44,733 bases of DNA from Nemertoderma westbladi (GCA_032718475.1 JAUCBJ010001854.1:1-44733); one strand, 5' to 3'; numbered from the stretch's first letter, positions 12,541-24,516 are shown. Notes: generated by a model not told the origin, from the letters alone. Translations and numbers: made by a program.

Positions 12541-13703
12541 TGTTTGCGCTTTTAAGACCTTGACAGTTTAACCTGCCAAATTAGGATGTCTTTTAGATGA
12601 TATATAGTCTTTAGCCTATGACGAGTATTTGATACACTACATTAGCCGAAGCCAGTCTATGCGCAATCATTCACCCGTTGGATATACCCGGGAGACTGAA
12701 TTCGGAAGCTTAATGATTGATGGTGTAAGCCTACCGTATTATTCGACTGATCGTTATATATAATCTCTGACAAATATTATTCACTTTCGGGAAATATTAA
12801 CAGTTCCTTTAGGACGTGGCGCTCTAAATATGTAAACAGAGTTATGACTTAAACTAGACACAACGAAAAGGCTATAGATTCACGTATATGGCGCATTCTT
12901 TAGGAGATGCTTTGTTATCAATTACAATCATACACAATGCTGCACAATACTGCACACTAATCTGCCGACCTTCACTATATTTAGTCACGTATAAAGAGAG
13001 CAACATACAATTTATGTCGGGCCTATGAAACAGCATTAGATTCACTTCAAACCACTTAACATAGGTCGCAATCGTTTATCTGTAACCGGTCTCTCTAACC
13101 TTTAGTATATCAAGAAGGTGGGGTGTCTGACTATTGATCAGTATTCCGATATAATATTTCATCAACAAATATAATGAATAACCGACAGTAAAAGCAGTAA
13201 TATTAGTAAGATATGCTAAGTTAACTCGGTTTGTTGAGTAAGATAAGTTTGGTATGATTTGATAACAGATATACGTTCTATAATTAAGCCTACTAATGTT
13301 AAACTAAAGACTGAAACACGGAGGTGCCAAAAGCCGATGTTCTTAGGCTCTGGGCAAAACATAACACTGAACTACTGAGTTTCTTTATCCAACTCCAACA
13401 CAGAGACAAAAAACGCTCTGATTGGTCGACCAAACAACGAGAGAACAAAGAAACAAAGAAATGTCGACGTGGCAATATCAGCTGTTAGCCGTCGTCATGG
13501 TAGCGACACTGTTTTCAAGAGGATCTAGCTTATTGCGTCACGAGATTGCGGATTATGTCCTCTAAAGTACAAATACAGAAGAAATGACTTTTATGTCCTC
13601 TAAAACACCAGTACAGTAAGGACACGGCCCTTTTATGCCTGGTAAACCAACTACAGAGTACTTTACGGGAGAATAACCGGTTAATTACGCAAAAGCTTTT
13701 ACA
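12541..13703 (-). repeat. 3' LTR
   Basis: Direct repeat of 30793-31955. By eye only two mismatches (13385/31637 and 13432/31684). Confidence 0.97.
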
Positions 13704-13712
13704 CCGCTCTCA
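13704..13712 (-). promoter_or_regulatory. Polypurine tract (short)
   Basis: Minus-strand GAGAGCGG directly precedes the TGT start of the 3' LTR. Confidence 0.6.
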
Positions 13713-13781
13713 GAAAATGGGATTTAAGTCTATAAAATATAACAAATCACAGTTTCTAAAATATAAAAATACTCTAAACAG

Positions 13782-16700
13782 TTAGTCTTTCTTACGCGGA
13801 CGGCGTTTACGCAGTTTTTTGAGGCTAGCAAGAGTCCTTTTCTCTTTGGGGCGAGCCACTTTACTAGGAGGGCTGTAACTCCTGGGTGAAGGGTGCAATA
13901 CAATTGCATCAGAAGGTTTCGGATTGCGATCGGTGTATCCGCCGGTCGAGGTACCTGGTTGATCGATATCAACTTCAGCGGAGCGAGGTCTAACGGCCTT
14001 TAAGGCGCGTCTTAGGACAGCAGCTCCTACTGGTCCTTGATGGGTCGTCTGGACGACGGCGGTAGGTGGACCGTGAGTGGTGAGAAACTTCCTTGGTTTA
14101 ATAGTTCTTTCCAGCTCGCGTTCTCGGGCTCGATATTCGTAGGGCCGTCGAGATACTTCCTGTAACTCAGGGTGCGAGTTGATAAATAAATCGCCATACT
14201 CAGGGTCTTGACGGATATAATTGATCAAATGGTATGAAGTAATATCGTTAGGATTGACGTTCCTAAGGTATCTTCGAACAAATTTAGTGGAAATACACTC
14301 ACCAACACGCTTCATTAGCTCGTAACTCGGTATGCGTGTTTTTTGTTCCACAGACGCTAATAAATAAGGATGGAACGCGTAAACTCCCTCGTAAGAGCGT
14401 CCAGGGTAGTATCGATGACGGGACTCACAATGTAAATCCGCGTTCGCTTCCCAAGCTCGAATGTAGCGCAGGGTAATCATTTCATCTACGCTCTCTAAAT
14501 CGTGATTAAAGGGGCAATTATAACTGGCATGTCCTTTAAGTTGACAGTGGTGGCATTGAGTCATAAATTGGGGGCAGACTGCAAAAATATGAGAGTTATT
14601 AAGTCTGCAATACGCACAATATATCTCCATCATTGGTTGTTCGTGGAAATAGGAGCAGGGTACGTCTGAGTCCATAGGGGTGAAATGGTCTCTCGATGCG
14701 CATAATCGACAACGTTTTCGAGAAACATAGTTAGCGTGTCGATAATCGTATGCGGTGAGACATTGTGAACCTTGATACCACTCTAAGACGTAGTCGTTAT
14801 CGCTGCTCCGGGGCGCTGTAGGCTGAATCGCTTCAGCTTCTAAGCATATTGGTTCGTCTTCCAATTGCATAGCTGAGGTAGGTGCGGCTGTCTCCGCAAG
14901 CGGACCCACTGTCTGAACTTCGACGACAGAATAACCCGTGGGTATTCGGGGTCTTTGTATAACAGATGAATGTAAGTTCTGTATACAAACGTCCTGAAAA
15001 AGGGCAAATCCCGCGCTGTTTAGCTTCTCCGCCGCTGAGTCTCTCAGGCTGAGTTTGGTCAGAGCGCGGTCCTTGAACTGACTATCAACGTTACGGAACG
15101 GAGTCAGAAAGCGCCTGAAACATTCAAAGCGGATGAATTTATTGTGTTCATCTAACTTGGCGAGTTTGGTTCCAAGTATTAAGGGATGGGCGCGTATGGT
15201 ACGACTGCACACATCGGCTAGCCAACCGGCAAGTGCTGCGTTTTCAAAGATTGTGTATATAGCTAAGGAGGGACGAAGTGGAACACTCATAAAGCTATAC
15301 ACGGCGCCAGGTGCGGTCAATGGTCCATCAAAGTATAAACGAGAATAGTGATCTCCGTATACTTGTTGGTAATTTATAGGATTTCCAACCTCGAAATTCC
15401 ATCCGTATTCTTGAAAGGCAAGATGTCCGATGGAGGTTCGTTGTACTTTGGTAATTCCGCTGGGTGTATTGGCATACATAGTGCGGAAGAAACCTCGGCC
15501 TTCTGCCCAAGGAGCAATCAGCTGAGTATCAACGAAGGGGTAGGGAATGTTCTCCATATTCCGAAAGTCGTTCTGTAGGTCTCCATAAACAGCTGAGCCG
15601 ATTTTAAGGATTCCTTCGTTAAACAACATCTCGAGCACGGGTTGGGGTAACATCGATCCATCGATACCCATGGCCGGTTTGCGCTCGGTGTCGGTGACGT
15701 AACGCTGCGCGAGTTCAAATTGTCCATGTCGGAGTTTCTTTTGTGTCTCAGTAAGAGTTTCAAAAGAATAATCAATAACGTCGGAACACGCTCGAGTAAA
15801 TACGTGGGTAGAACCAGCGAGTCTTCGTATATGTATCATCCGCGTAGTTCCAAGTTCTCCAACCGGAACGCTACCTTCGTTATCGTAAGTGACAACTCCA
15901 TACATCTCGATAACGTTAAGTGTTTCGTTCCACTCCTTTGTGGCGTTTTCTAGTGTCATTCCTACAGGATGCCACAAGGTAGCGCATTCGCTAGCATTAG
16001 GCAGGTCTTTATACTTTAAATATTGTGTGGTATGTGTTTCCTCATCTCCATATCGTTGTATTCTTTCCTCCTCGAATAACACATCAAGATTCCAGTGCAC
16101 TAAACGAGTTTTGATGAATCCATCAAGATTATACGGAGGTATCGTTTCTTTCTCTATTTTGGAAACATTATATGGTTTTCGAAATGAGTTTACTTTAACT
16201 AACTGATCCAGATGTTTCTGCAGTTGTTCGAGTTCGACAAGATCGAGAGGATTTATTAGCGGTAGAAACTTCAGACTATGTGTAGGATCTTCCGGTTTTA
16301 CCATGTAATATTGTTTTAGATTGACGTAATAAGGGTGATCTTTGATCCCGTAAAACGAGTCCGGTAAAGGTCTAGCGCGTATGTTTACATCGTGTACCAT
16401 GCGACGGACAAGATCTGCTCTATTGTCCGGAGGTTCAACGAGTATACCATCGACACGAGCGGATTCGATGGGCGGACGCTGCAACAGAGGAGCGTCGGCG
16501 ATAAGATCTCGAGATCTTAGGTTGATATCAACCGGTTGGGGTTGTGCCGTCGCAAAAAGCTTGTCTCCGAAATGGGGAACCATCGAGGGATGAAGAATGG
16601 TTTTAGAGTAGAGATCCGTCATAAGGATTTGCGCTTCGGGTTGAGCTAAAACCGCTTCTTCTCTCTCATCCAGTTCTATATGTCTCTCCTCGAGCTGATT

Positions 16701-18035
16701 CTCCTCCGCTTGTTGTTGTAGACGCTCATCTAGAAACTCTTGTAAAGAGTAGGTTCGTCCACGTTCGATGTCCTCCTCGAGATTTTGTATTTCTCTATCG
16801 AACTGGGGTAAAGCTAATTCCTTCACCGCTTGGACTTGTTGCTGCAATTTACGCTTCTCCAAACAATCGTACGTTCCCTTTCCGATTTTCTGCCGAATAG
16901 CATCTAATGCGTTTCGTACGACGCTCTCTTCGACTTCCGTAACGGGTTGGATAGAGGTGAAGCCGGGACGGTTGTATGGGTTAAACGGCGATATTAGATG
17001 ACCACGTCCCAATCCAGCTAGGTAGGGTTGGCGAATGTCCCGTGAGCCTACTATTGGAGTGCCACCGATCAACTGTTCAGGTAACACTAGATCTTTGAAC
17101 AGTGAGTACAGTTCGGGAGGATCCGTGATACTATTAGGGTCAAGAGTTTGAGGTCTGACTAAGGAATGCGGAGGTCTGACCGAGTATTCCGGAACTCTGA
17201 TCATCGGTTTGTTCAAGGATCGCTTGAGTCGAGCGACTGCTGGGGACACGTCGAACAGGTTCCGCTCGAAACTCCCGTAAGTATATCGTGTAAAACTGTG
17301 TTTAGCGCAACGTCTCCGCGGATGTTTATGTCTTTCCGTTTGCTGATTGGGTCTAGGGCATTCGTCGCAGTAATACCACAGACGCATGTCCTGCAGAGGA
17401 AACGCGGGTGATCGTTCTCCAGTTTTACAATATTCCTCCATCTGTTCGAAGCTATCTGGGACAACAGGTAGCGGTCGATCGGCGGTAAGATACATCATAG
17501 TGAAATAGAGTCGTTTGAGTTCTATCATAGGATCATGATGTATACCTTGAGGATATCGAGTTTCGAGATTTTGTTGACTGGCAATATTGAGGTATGTTTC
17601 TCTCAAGAATTCCAGATAATCGTTGAAGTCGTTGCGTTTATCCGGTTCTTCAACGTCTTCTCTTTCGAGTCGGTTTCGAATAGAGTTCTCGTGCTCTATT
17701 CTTGGCTTATCGTTCCGATTCCGTTGGGTATGATATTTAAATAAAACCATTTCCCTTTCGGTATCCACATCGTCCGTATCGTGTAAATTGATAGGGTGGC
17801 CAGTAGTTAGGAAGTCCATATTCGTACCATTACGATGCGTATAACGAGCGGTGAACTTTCTATAATCCAATTCATGCGTAAGTTGCTCCGGGGACATTGG
17901 CGGTTTGATATAACGACCATCATCTTCCGTAGTAGTTGGACCAGCGTCGCCTCGTATCAAGCTATCAACAAACGCTTGTAAAGGTAGAGTATATCGCTCC
18001 CTGATACCAAGATCATCTTCTATCAACTCAGTCAT
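13782..18035 (-). CDS. Retrotransposon accessory ORF3, 1417 aa: putative DEDDy-like 3'-5' exonuclease with coiled coil and CCHC-type zinc knuckles
   Basis: Uninterrupted ORF between pol and the 3' LTR. Exonuclease-like motifs VVTYDNEG, LPQPVLEMLFNEGILKIGSAVYGDL...FVDTQ and PLRPSLAIYTIFEN. Zn-binding motifs CRLCASRDH, CAYCRLNNSHIFAVC and CHHCQLKGHASYNC. The ORF itself is certain; the domain call is motif recognition by eye. Confidence 0.75.
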   Translation of the reverse strand: MTELIEDDLGIRERYTLPLQAFVDSLIRGDAGPTTTEDDGRYIKPPMSPEQLTHELDYRKFTARYTHRNGTNMDFLTTGHPINLHDTDDVDTEREMVLFKYHTQRNRNDKPRIEHENSIRNRLEREDVEEPDKRNDFNDYLEFLRETYLNIASQQNLETRYPQGIHHDPMIELKRLYFTMMYLTADRPLPVVPDSFEQMEEYCKTGERSPAFPLQDMRLWYYCDECPRPNQQTERHKHPRRRCAKHSFTRYTYGSFERNLFDVSPAVARLKRSLNKPMIRVPEYSVRPPHSLVRPQTLDPNSITDPPELYSLFKDLVLPEQLIGGTPIVGSRDIRQPYLAGLGRGHLISPFNPYNRPGFTSIQPVTEVEESVVRNALDAIRQKIGKGTYDCLEKRKLQQQVQAVKELALPQFDREIQNLEEDIERGRTYSLQEFLDERLQQQAEENQLEERHIELDEREEAVLAQPEAQILMTDLYSKTILHPSMVPHFGDKLFATAQPQPVDINLRSRDLIADAPLLQRPPIESARVDGILVEPPDNRADLVRRMVHDVNIRARPLPDSFYGIKDHPYYVNLKQYYMVKPEDPTHSLKFLPLINPLDLVELEQLQKHLDQLVKVNSFRKPYNVSKIEKETIPPYNLDGFIKTRLVHWNLDVLFEEERIQRYGDEETHTTQYLKYKDLPNASECATLWHPVGMTLENATKEWNETLNVIEMYGVVTYDNEGSVPVGELGTTRMIHIRRLAGSTHVFTRACSDVIDYSFETLTETQKKLRHGQFELAQRYVTDTERKPAMGIDGSMLPQPVLEMLFNEGILKIGSAVYGDLQNDFRNMENIPYPFVDTQLIAPWAEGRGFFRTMYANTPSGITKVQRTSIGHLAFQEYGWNFEVGNPINYQQVYGDHYSRLYFDGPLTAPGAVYSFMSVPLRPSLAIYTIFENAALAGWLADVCSRTIRAHPLILGTKLAKLDEHNKFIRFECFRRFLTPFRNVDSQFKDRALTKLSLRDSAAEKLNSAGFALFQDVCIQNLHSSVIQRPRIPTGYSVVEVQTVGPLAETAAPTSAMQLEDEPICLEAEAIQPTAPRSSDNDYVLEWYQGSQCLTAYDYRHANYVSRKRCRLCASRDHFTPMDSDVPCSYFHEQPMMEIYCAYCRLNNSHIFAVCPQFMTQCHHCQLKGHASYNCPFNHDLESVDEMITLRYIRAWEANADLHCESRHRYYPGRSYEGVYAFHPYLLASVEQKTRIPSYELMKRVGECISTKFVRRYLRNVNPNDITSYHLINYIRQDPEYGDLFINSHPELQEVSRRPYEYRARERELERTIKPRKFLTTHGPPTAVVQTTHQGPVGAAVLRRALKAVRPRSAEVDIDQPGTSTGGYTDRNPKPSDAIVLHPSPRSYSPPSKVARPKEKRTLASLKKLRKRRPRKKD

Positions 18036-18857
18036 ATCTGCTATGAGTTTATCAATATTATAATGAGTTTATATATATTAGGCTAGCGGGCGTCGCTGCC
18101 TACCCCTCTTTTGCCCCCGGACAGTGTAAGATCCTCAGCGCCGATGTACCGTCGTCGCTGTGCTTTCGCCAACGATGTAGCTACACAACGACAACGATAA
18201 CCGGCACAAGTCACTTCACTGTCCGTCCCAAAGGCTTAGATGTACTGCAGGTTCTTCTTGGAGAGTTAGGGTTACTTTCACAATTGCGACTTGCTACTGT
18301 AAACACACCTTAGTAGTAACATTCACCTACAAACGCACAAATTCAACACAACTGCAACAAACTGCACACATTCGGGCCATTTGTCCGTTAGTCAGTACCT
18401 TCCAGAATGTCACTGTATTTATTATGTATCCTTGGATACTAGCAGTGCGCTATTTATTCCCTATGCTATTCAATGGGGCATGCCTTCTATTGTTCTTTTA
18501 ACTCACTTCTAATTCTAGCGTGGTTGTTGCCATGGTGACATTATGGAAATCTAGCGGTAGAATTAGGGTAATTCTCATGCATACAGATCTGGGATGCTAT
18601 TTAATAGTAATTCTTTAATGGTCAATATCCCCTTTATACATGATTCTATGAATTTTATCGGCTATTGACTATACATTGGAGATTCTCGCACACAAATACA
18701 CTTAATAGAGTGAATCTCCGCTCCCATGATCTATTAATTAATGGAATTTTGGGAATGTTATAAATTGTCTAAAATGACAATTTATTAAATTCATTAAAAT
18801 ATCTGAATTTAAATTTATTCCCGTAAATTTTATTATTTAATGTTAAATAGACATAAT

Positions 18858-19123
18858 TTTATTCCAGAACGTGTCTGGGGACTTGGATCCTTGGTTCGAG
18901 GAATTTTGTCCTTTTAAGAGTATCGGTAAGTGCTATGATATCTTAATCGACTAGAATTTTAAAGGATCTGATATTTGACAGATTTTTGTAAATATTAATA
19001 ATTAATATTTAGGATGGGCACCAGTTTATTCCAGAACTTGTCTGGGGACGTTAACCATTGATTCTAGAATTTTGTCTTTCAAGTATATCGGTGGGTGCCA
19101 CGATATCTTAATCGACTAGAATT
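18858..19123. repeat. ~100-bp diverged direct repeat (about 167-bp spacing) in the pol-ORF3 spacer
   Basis: TTATTCCAGAAC(G/T)TGTCTGGGGAC ... GATATCTTAATCGACTAGAATT present twice. Confidence 0.85.
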
Positions 19124-19676
19124 ACAGATGGTCAAAGGGTTTAACAGATTTATTTTGCGTTATACGCTACTGTTAAAGGGACATCACGCTACTATATGTA
19201 TTATTTAATATACGGTATGAGAGCAATATCGCACGAAGCAATGTCAGTGTAAAGAGGCAAGTCGTTTCCAAGGTCTACCTAGAGCTTGGTTTAGCCGAGA
19301 CACGAGGATCTGAACTTTGCATTCCTAATACTCTGCCTACCAATAATACTTGAATATAGTAGTGGCTTTATTGTACTTTAATAAGTACGGACATTTCATC
19401 TTACTGTAGTCACGTATTTATAATGTAATACGGGCAGTAAGGAAGGAGAAAAAGAATTATTTCTCGCCGTCGTACTAAATATATAATATAAGTAATTACG
19501 TAATAAATGCGAATATATTGCACTAATCTACTAAATGCTCGCTAAAATAACATGTTACTAAATAAAATTAAATAAAACGATTAAAATAAAATTACATAAT
19601 AATACATACATAAATATAAAAATAAAACAAATACAAATATAAAATAATATGGTCACACACCCACTCCAGCCGTTTT

Positions 19677-21038
19677 TTAAGTTGGGGAGTCCCTAGATGT
19701 TTGTTGAATTAGGGAGGTGGTCGTGGGAAGAGTATCTTGTCTCCCATAGTTTCCGGAGAGTTCTCTGTCTCTTTCCAGTAAACATAAGCGACCAACTGGG
19801 CGATTGAGCTGCTGCGTCTCAAAGACAATTCCTGGTTTCTTGAAGTTACGTCGCATGACGACGAGTTCTACCGATCGCACCAAACCGTCATCCGAGATGT
19901 GCGTCTCGATTATACGACCTGTCTGCCACCGCTTACGTGGAAGATCCACATCCACAATAAGAACCATGTCTCCAGCACTGACGTTTTTTTGCTGCGCAAA
20001 CCACTTAGTTCGAAGTTGTAGCGTGGGCAGATAATGTTTTTCGAAATGGTCAGCGAAACGACGGGATAACAACTGCATGAGTTGCCAAGTTTGTCGGCAG
20101 TATTCATCTCCGTCTGTGATTTCCGATTGTGGGAGCATGGCTACAGGTTTCTTCAGTAGGAAGTGCGCGGGTGTTAGCGCCTCCAGTGAATCGGGACTCG
20201 ATGAGACTGGCATAAGCGGTCTCTCGTTGAGATAGGCGGCGATTTCTTCCATTAACGTCCGCAAAAGTTCGTCGGTGAGATAAGCGCGGCAAGGCACTAT
20301 AAAATGAAATGCTGTCTTCACACTTCTTATTAATCTCTCCCAACTTCCTCCCCACCAAGGGGCGTCGGCGGCGTTGAAGGTCCAACTAGACGCTGTTACT
20401 CGTAGTTGGTCGTCCACCTGTCTTTGGTTCCAATCTTTGACGTAAGCTTTGATTTCATTGTTGGCACCAATGAAATTTGTTCCCTTATCAGATCTCATCG
20501 TGTTACTAGTGCCAAAGCGAGCGATCTGTCGTCGTAAGCTTAATAAAAAGCTGTTGGTAGATAAATCGTTCACCATATCGAGATGGATGGCTCTACAAGT
20601 CATACAAACAAAGATTACACACCATCTCTTGACTATAGTCCTAGCACGATATACTTCAATAGGGCCAAATAAATCCACACCGGTATTAGTAAAGGGTGGT
20701 TCATAAAAGCTTACTCGTTCCCTAGGTAATTCTGCCTCTCTCTGTGTTAAAGGCCTACTGAATGCTTTCCTACAGGGTATACAGTTCCTAAGAACTTGGT
20801 TCAGAGCTCTACGGGATTTATAAAAATAATAGCGAGTTCGAATTTCGCTAAGAACTCGTTCTCTACCAGCATGATAAAGTTTGCTGTGAACATCTACAAT
20901 CATCTTGACTTGTATTTCAAGATTTCTAATGAGTATGGGGAACTTAGTATCAAAGGATAATTGGGCATTCGTTAACCTTCCTCCAACACGTATCAACCCA
21001 TCTATCATTGTGCTAGAGAAACGATCCCTTAAGCGCAT
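19677..21038 (-). pseudogene. BEL/Pao integrase segment of pol (frameshifted from upstream pol)
   Basis: DGLIRVGGRL, HHCC (HSKLYHAG...CIPC), DDE core TGVDLFGP / SDKGTNF / GGSWERL and a DUF5641-like tail (YLPTLQLRTKW). Confidence 0.93.
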
Positions 21039-21309
21039 GTGGATTTCTCAACAACAGGAAATACTTATCGGAATCTTCATAGCATTGTAAGAGTCTCAGC
21101 ATCTGTTTGTTGGTTTCTTCATGCTCCTGATAACTGATCTTCTCCTTCAGAAACCTGTCGGGTATCTTATATCTGGGAAGGTCTTTAATAACATGGACCT
21201 GCACTGATGTGATTGGAGCGGTATCACCCTTTGTTTTCAACCCAGAGTAGTGATGGTGGAAACATCTCTTTAAATATGTCACGGCCTTGCAAAGCCGATT
21301 CCAGGAACT

Positions 21310-24300
21310 CTAGTGATGCATCGCTCTCTGCAGAAGAGGTGAGAGTCCTTGCGAGATGTCTGGTATGCCAGATTTCCAATCCTTATCACGGATTTCCACA
21401 ACGGGTTTATTTGTGGCTGTGGGTTTCTGATCCAAAGCGTTGTCTCCGGAAGTATGTAGTACAGACAGATCTACTGTGGGTTTGAATAACTTCGATTTAC
21501 TCGCCTGAGTTTTAGGCTTGACTTTCTCCGCTCCCTTGGCCTGTCTAATTTCTGCTGTAGTAAGATGAGGAGGCCATTCTTCTTCTTCTTTGTAGAGGAA
21601 GTCGGGTCCACCTAACCAGTCTGGAGTATCTACCAGTTCTTGTGGAGTTGCTCCCCTGGAAGCGATGTCCGCTGGATTAATCGTTCCGGGGCAATGTCTC
21701 CATTGATCCATCGTCGTGCGACTGAGTATAATAGCTACTCTGTTGGTAACGAAGACGCTGAACTGACAGACTTCATTGGTGATATACTCCAACACGAGTA
21801 AAGCGTCGGTCCAATAGACAGTTTTCTCCAGGGGATAGTCGATCTGTTCTGTTACATTCCGGCCGATGGCTGTAGCGTAAAGAGCCGCTTTTAACTCCGC
21901 TCGAGGAACTTTCAACTTGTTGTTTATCAATGCCTTAGAGGTAACCAAGGCGACTTTGATTCCGTCCGGAGTTTCCACCCTTAGGTAGGCTACTATACCT
22001 ATTCCCATATCGCTGGCGTCTCCAAACACATGGAGTTGATATGAATACGTAGGGAGAACATGACCAAAATATGAACGGGAAATTATAAAGTTTTCGATGG
22101 CTGGTAGAGAATCTTCCCATTTCATCCACTTCTTTAATAATTCTCCCTTAAGTGGATCGTCCCATGAGTGGTTTTCAAGCCACATTTGTTGTACTAAACT
22201 CCGAGCAATCAATATAACTGGGCTAATAAATCCCAATGGATCGAAATAAGTGCTCAGGATACTTAAACAAATCCGTTTAGTCCGAACTGGATTATCTCGC
22301 TGTTTTAATTGGAAAAACAGGATATCTCTTTCTGTGTCCCATTTCAAACCAAGGGTCTTAGTTTCTGGGAGATCATCCTTTATTAGATCTAGGTCTTTTG
22401 TTCCTCGATCTTCTACCGGGATCGACTCCAGAAACTCACGGGAGTTGCTAGTGAATTTAGTTAGTCGAAATCCACCTTTCTTTAAGCATTCTACCGTTCC
22501 TTTAGCGACTTCAATGGCTTCTTCGACTGATGGAAGGGACTTCAGATTATCGTCCATGTAGATGTCTCGTTTGATATTGTCGATCACCTCTTTAGAGAAG
22601 GCGTCTCGGTTGTCATCCGCAGTAGTGCGCACAACGGAACAGGCGTTTGAAGGGCTCGAGATTATCCCAAAGGCTTGGATGGTCATCCAGTACTCCACAG
22701 GTTTCTTATTGAGGTCTCCTTCAGGCCACCACAAAAATCGTAGGCTATCTCGATCCCTATCCAGCGCTTTGACTTGTAAGAACATGCCTTCTATATCTGA
22801 GGCAAAAGCAATGGAGTATTGTCTTAACCTTAATAATATTCCCAACAAGGATTGGAGTAAGTTGGGTCCGGGTAACAATTCAGAATTAAGAGATTGGCCC
22901 ATATAAAGGGCGGAACCGTCAAACACCACTCGTACTTCATGGGGTTTACCGGGTTTGGGAACGTAATGGTGAGTTAAATAATACGTTCTCTCAGTTATAG
23001 GTGTTTCTTCCGGTACTAGCTCCGCATATCCCTTGCTAATAAACTTCTTCAACTGCGTTTGATACATTTCTTTAGCTGAAGAATTTGCCGTAAGACGTCG
23101 ATGTAGTTGAGCAATTCTTTTCTCTGCCAAAGGTCTGTTGTTAATGAACTTTGGTTCTCGCTTTCGGAAAGGAAGTCCGATCTCATATCTACCTTGATCT
23201 TTAAGAAAACGAGTAGTTGTCGCTTGGATCTGCTTGGCTCTTTCTTCCTCCACCGATAGGGCCTTATCGTAGGAGTTGGGCTCTACAACCTCTTGAGTAA
23301 AGAATCTTACGGCGTGTTCATCCCGAGTCTTGGCATTATAACGTTCAATGACGTCATTAAGCTCGTCGTTATAGTCGTCTCGCTCGGATGGGAGAAGGAG
23401 TTGACATAAGTTCACTTGATTTTGCCAAGTCTCGCTTTCCTCAAGGAGATCGATGGCATTCTCCTCATCGAAGAGTTGATGTATATCGTCGTTGTCTGAG
23501 GAGTATGGAGTTCCCTCAGTTGGATCGTCGAACTCACTGTTCTCAACTTCCCATTCTCGCACTTGATATACCTGATCTTTCGGTAATCTTTCCATGAGAG
23601 TTCTACGGGAAGGGCCAGTAAAGTACCAACCTACTCTAGTTCTTACCGCATAGGTTTGTAGTGGCTGCGGTTGAGCAGGCCGTTTCTCCAATGTCTCGAG
23701 CGCCTCATGCGCGTTTTGGCCGATGAGTATTTGCACTCCAGGATAATCTGTCTGGAATCGAGGTATCTTAAGATGTTGGATGCTCTCATCCTCGTCCCAA
23801 TTATAAAGGTCTGCTTGGGTAGTAGCGAAGTTCTTTATAGCCACCATTTTCACTGACCTTATGCTATGTTCTCCTAGTTCGTCCTGGGGGGTGGACAACG
23901 CACCTACATAATAATCCGCTGTTACTGTAGATTTCCAAACCTGCATAATTCCTGACATGTTTAGCTTAGTTCGGAACTTGGGTTGTCCAGCGAATATGTC
24001 TTCGGCTAGCTCTTTGTCGATGAATGTTCCTGTACTACCGGAGTCAAGGAGGGCGTTCACTACATAACTCCTTTTTGGTCCGTGGACCCTTACCTGTACC
24101 ACAGGAAATTCTCTAATCCCTACATTGGAAGTTGGCGCTTTCCAAAATGGTTGTTGATCAGAAGTAGTTAGGGTGAGGTCGCTGTCCGTATCCTTTTCAT
24201 ACGTGAGTGCTCGATACACTGTGGTATTTATCGTGTAACAGGATTCGTTTTCGTCGGAGAACTCGTCCGTATAGAATCCTTCCATCTCAGATAGATCAGT

Positions 24301-24512
24301 GTCTTTCACATCACTGAATTGGACATGTAATTCGGAATCACTTACCTGACTCGGACTATTTCGCTCGAATTCAGTGTGCAACAAGATATGATGTTTCGCA
24401 CCGCACTTGGCACATCTTGTGTCAGAGTAACAGGTTCGCCGTTGGTGTCCTTGTCTGAGGCAATTATAACACAACCGCTTATCCCACATGACTTCACGTC
24501 TCTCAGTTAATG
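21310..24512 (-). pseudogene. BEL/Pao gag Zn knuckles, protease, reverse transcriptase and RNase H segment
   Basis: CYNCLRQGHQRRTC, CAKCGAKHHILLH, ALLDSGS, RVVFDGS, YMDD, LHVFGDAS, PRAELKAA, YWTDA and NPADIASRG. In-frame TAG at 21310-21312 is followed by SSWNRLCKAVTYL in the same frame. Confidence 0.95.
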
Positions 24513-24516
24513 ATTT

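Noticed and set aside
10490-12571. Long repetitive ORFs (VGATPICYPKVG)n and (AHPYLRVADRSS)n, also at 31782-35249
   Set aside because: They arise because a 36-bp unit is stop-free in some frames. Starts are non-ATG, indels break the frame and there is no unique coding flank.
13782-18035. ORF3 as an envelope glycoprotein
   Set aside because: No signal peptide, TM anchor or Cys-rich ectodomain pattern; it has Zn knuckles and a basic tail instead.
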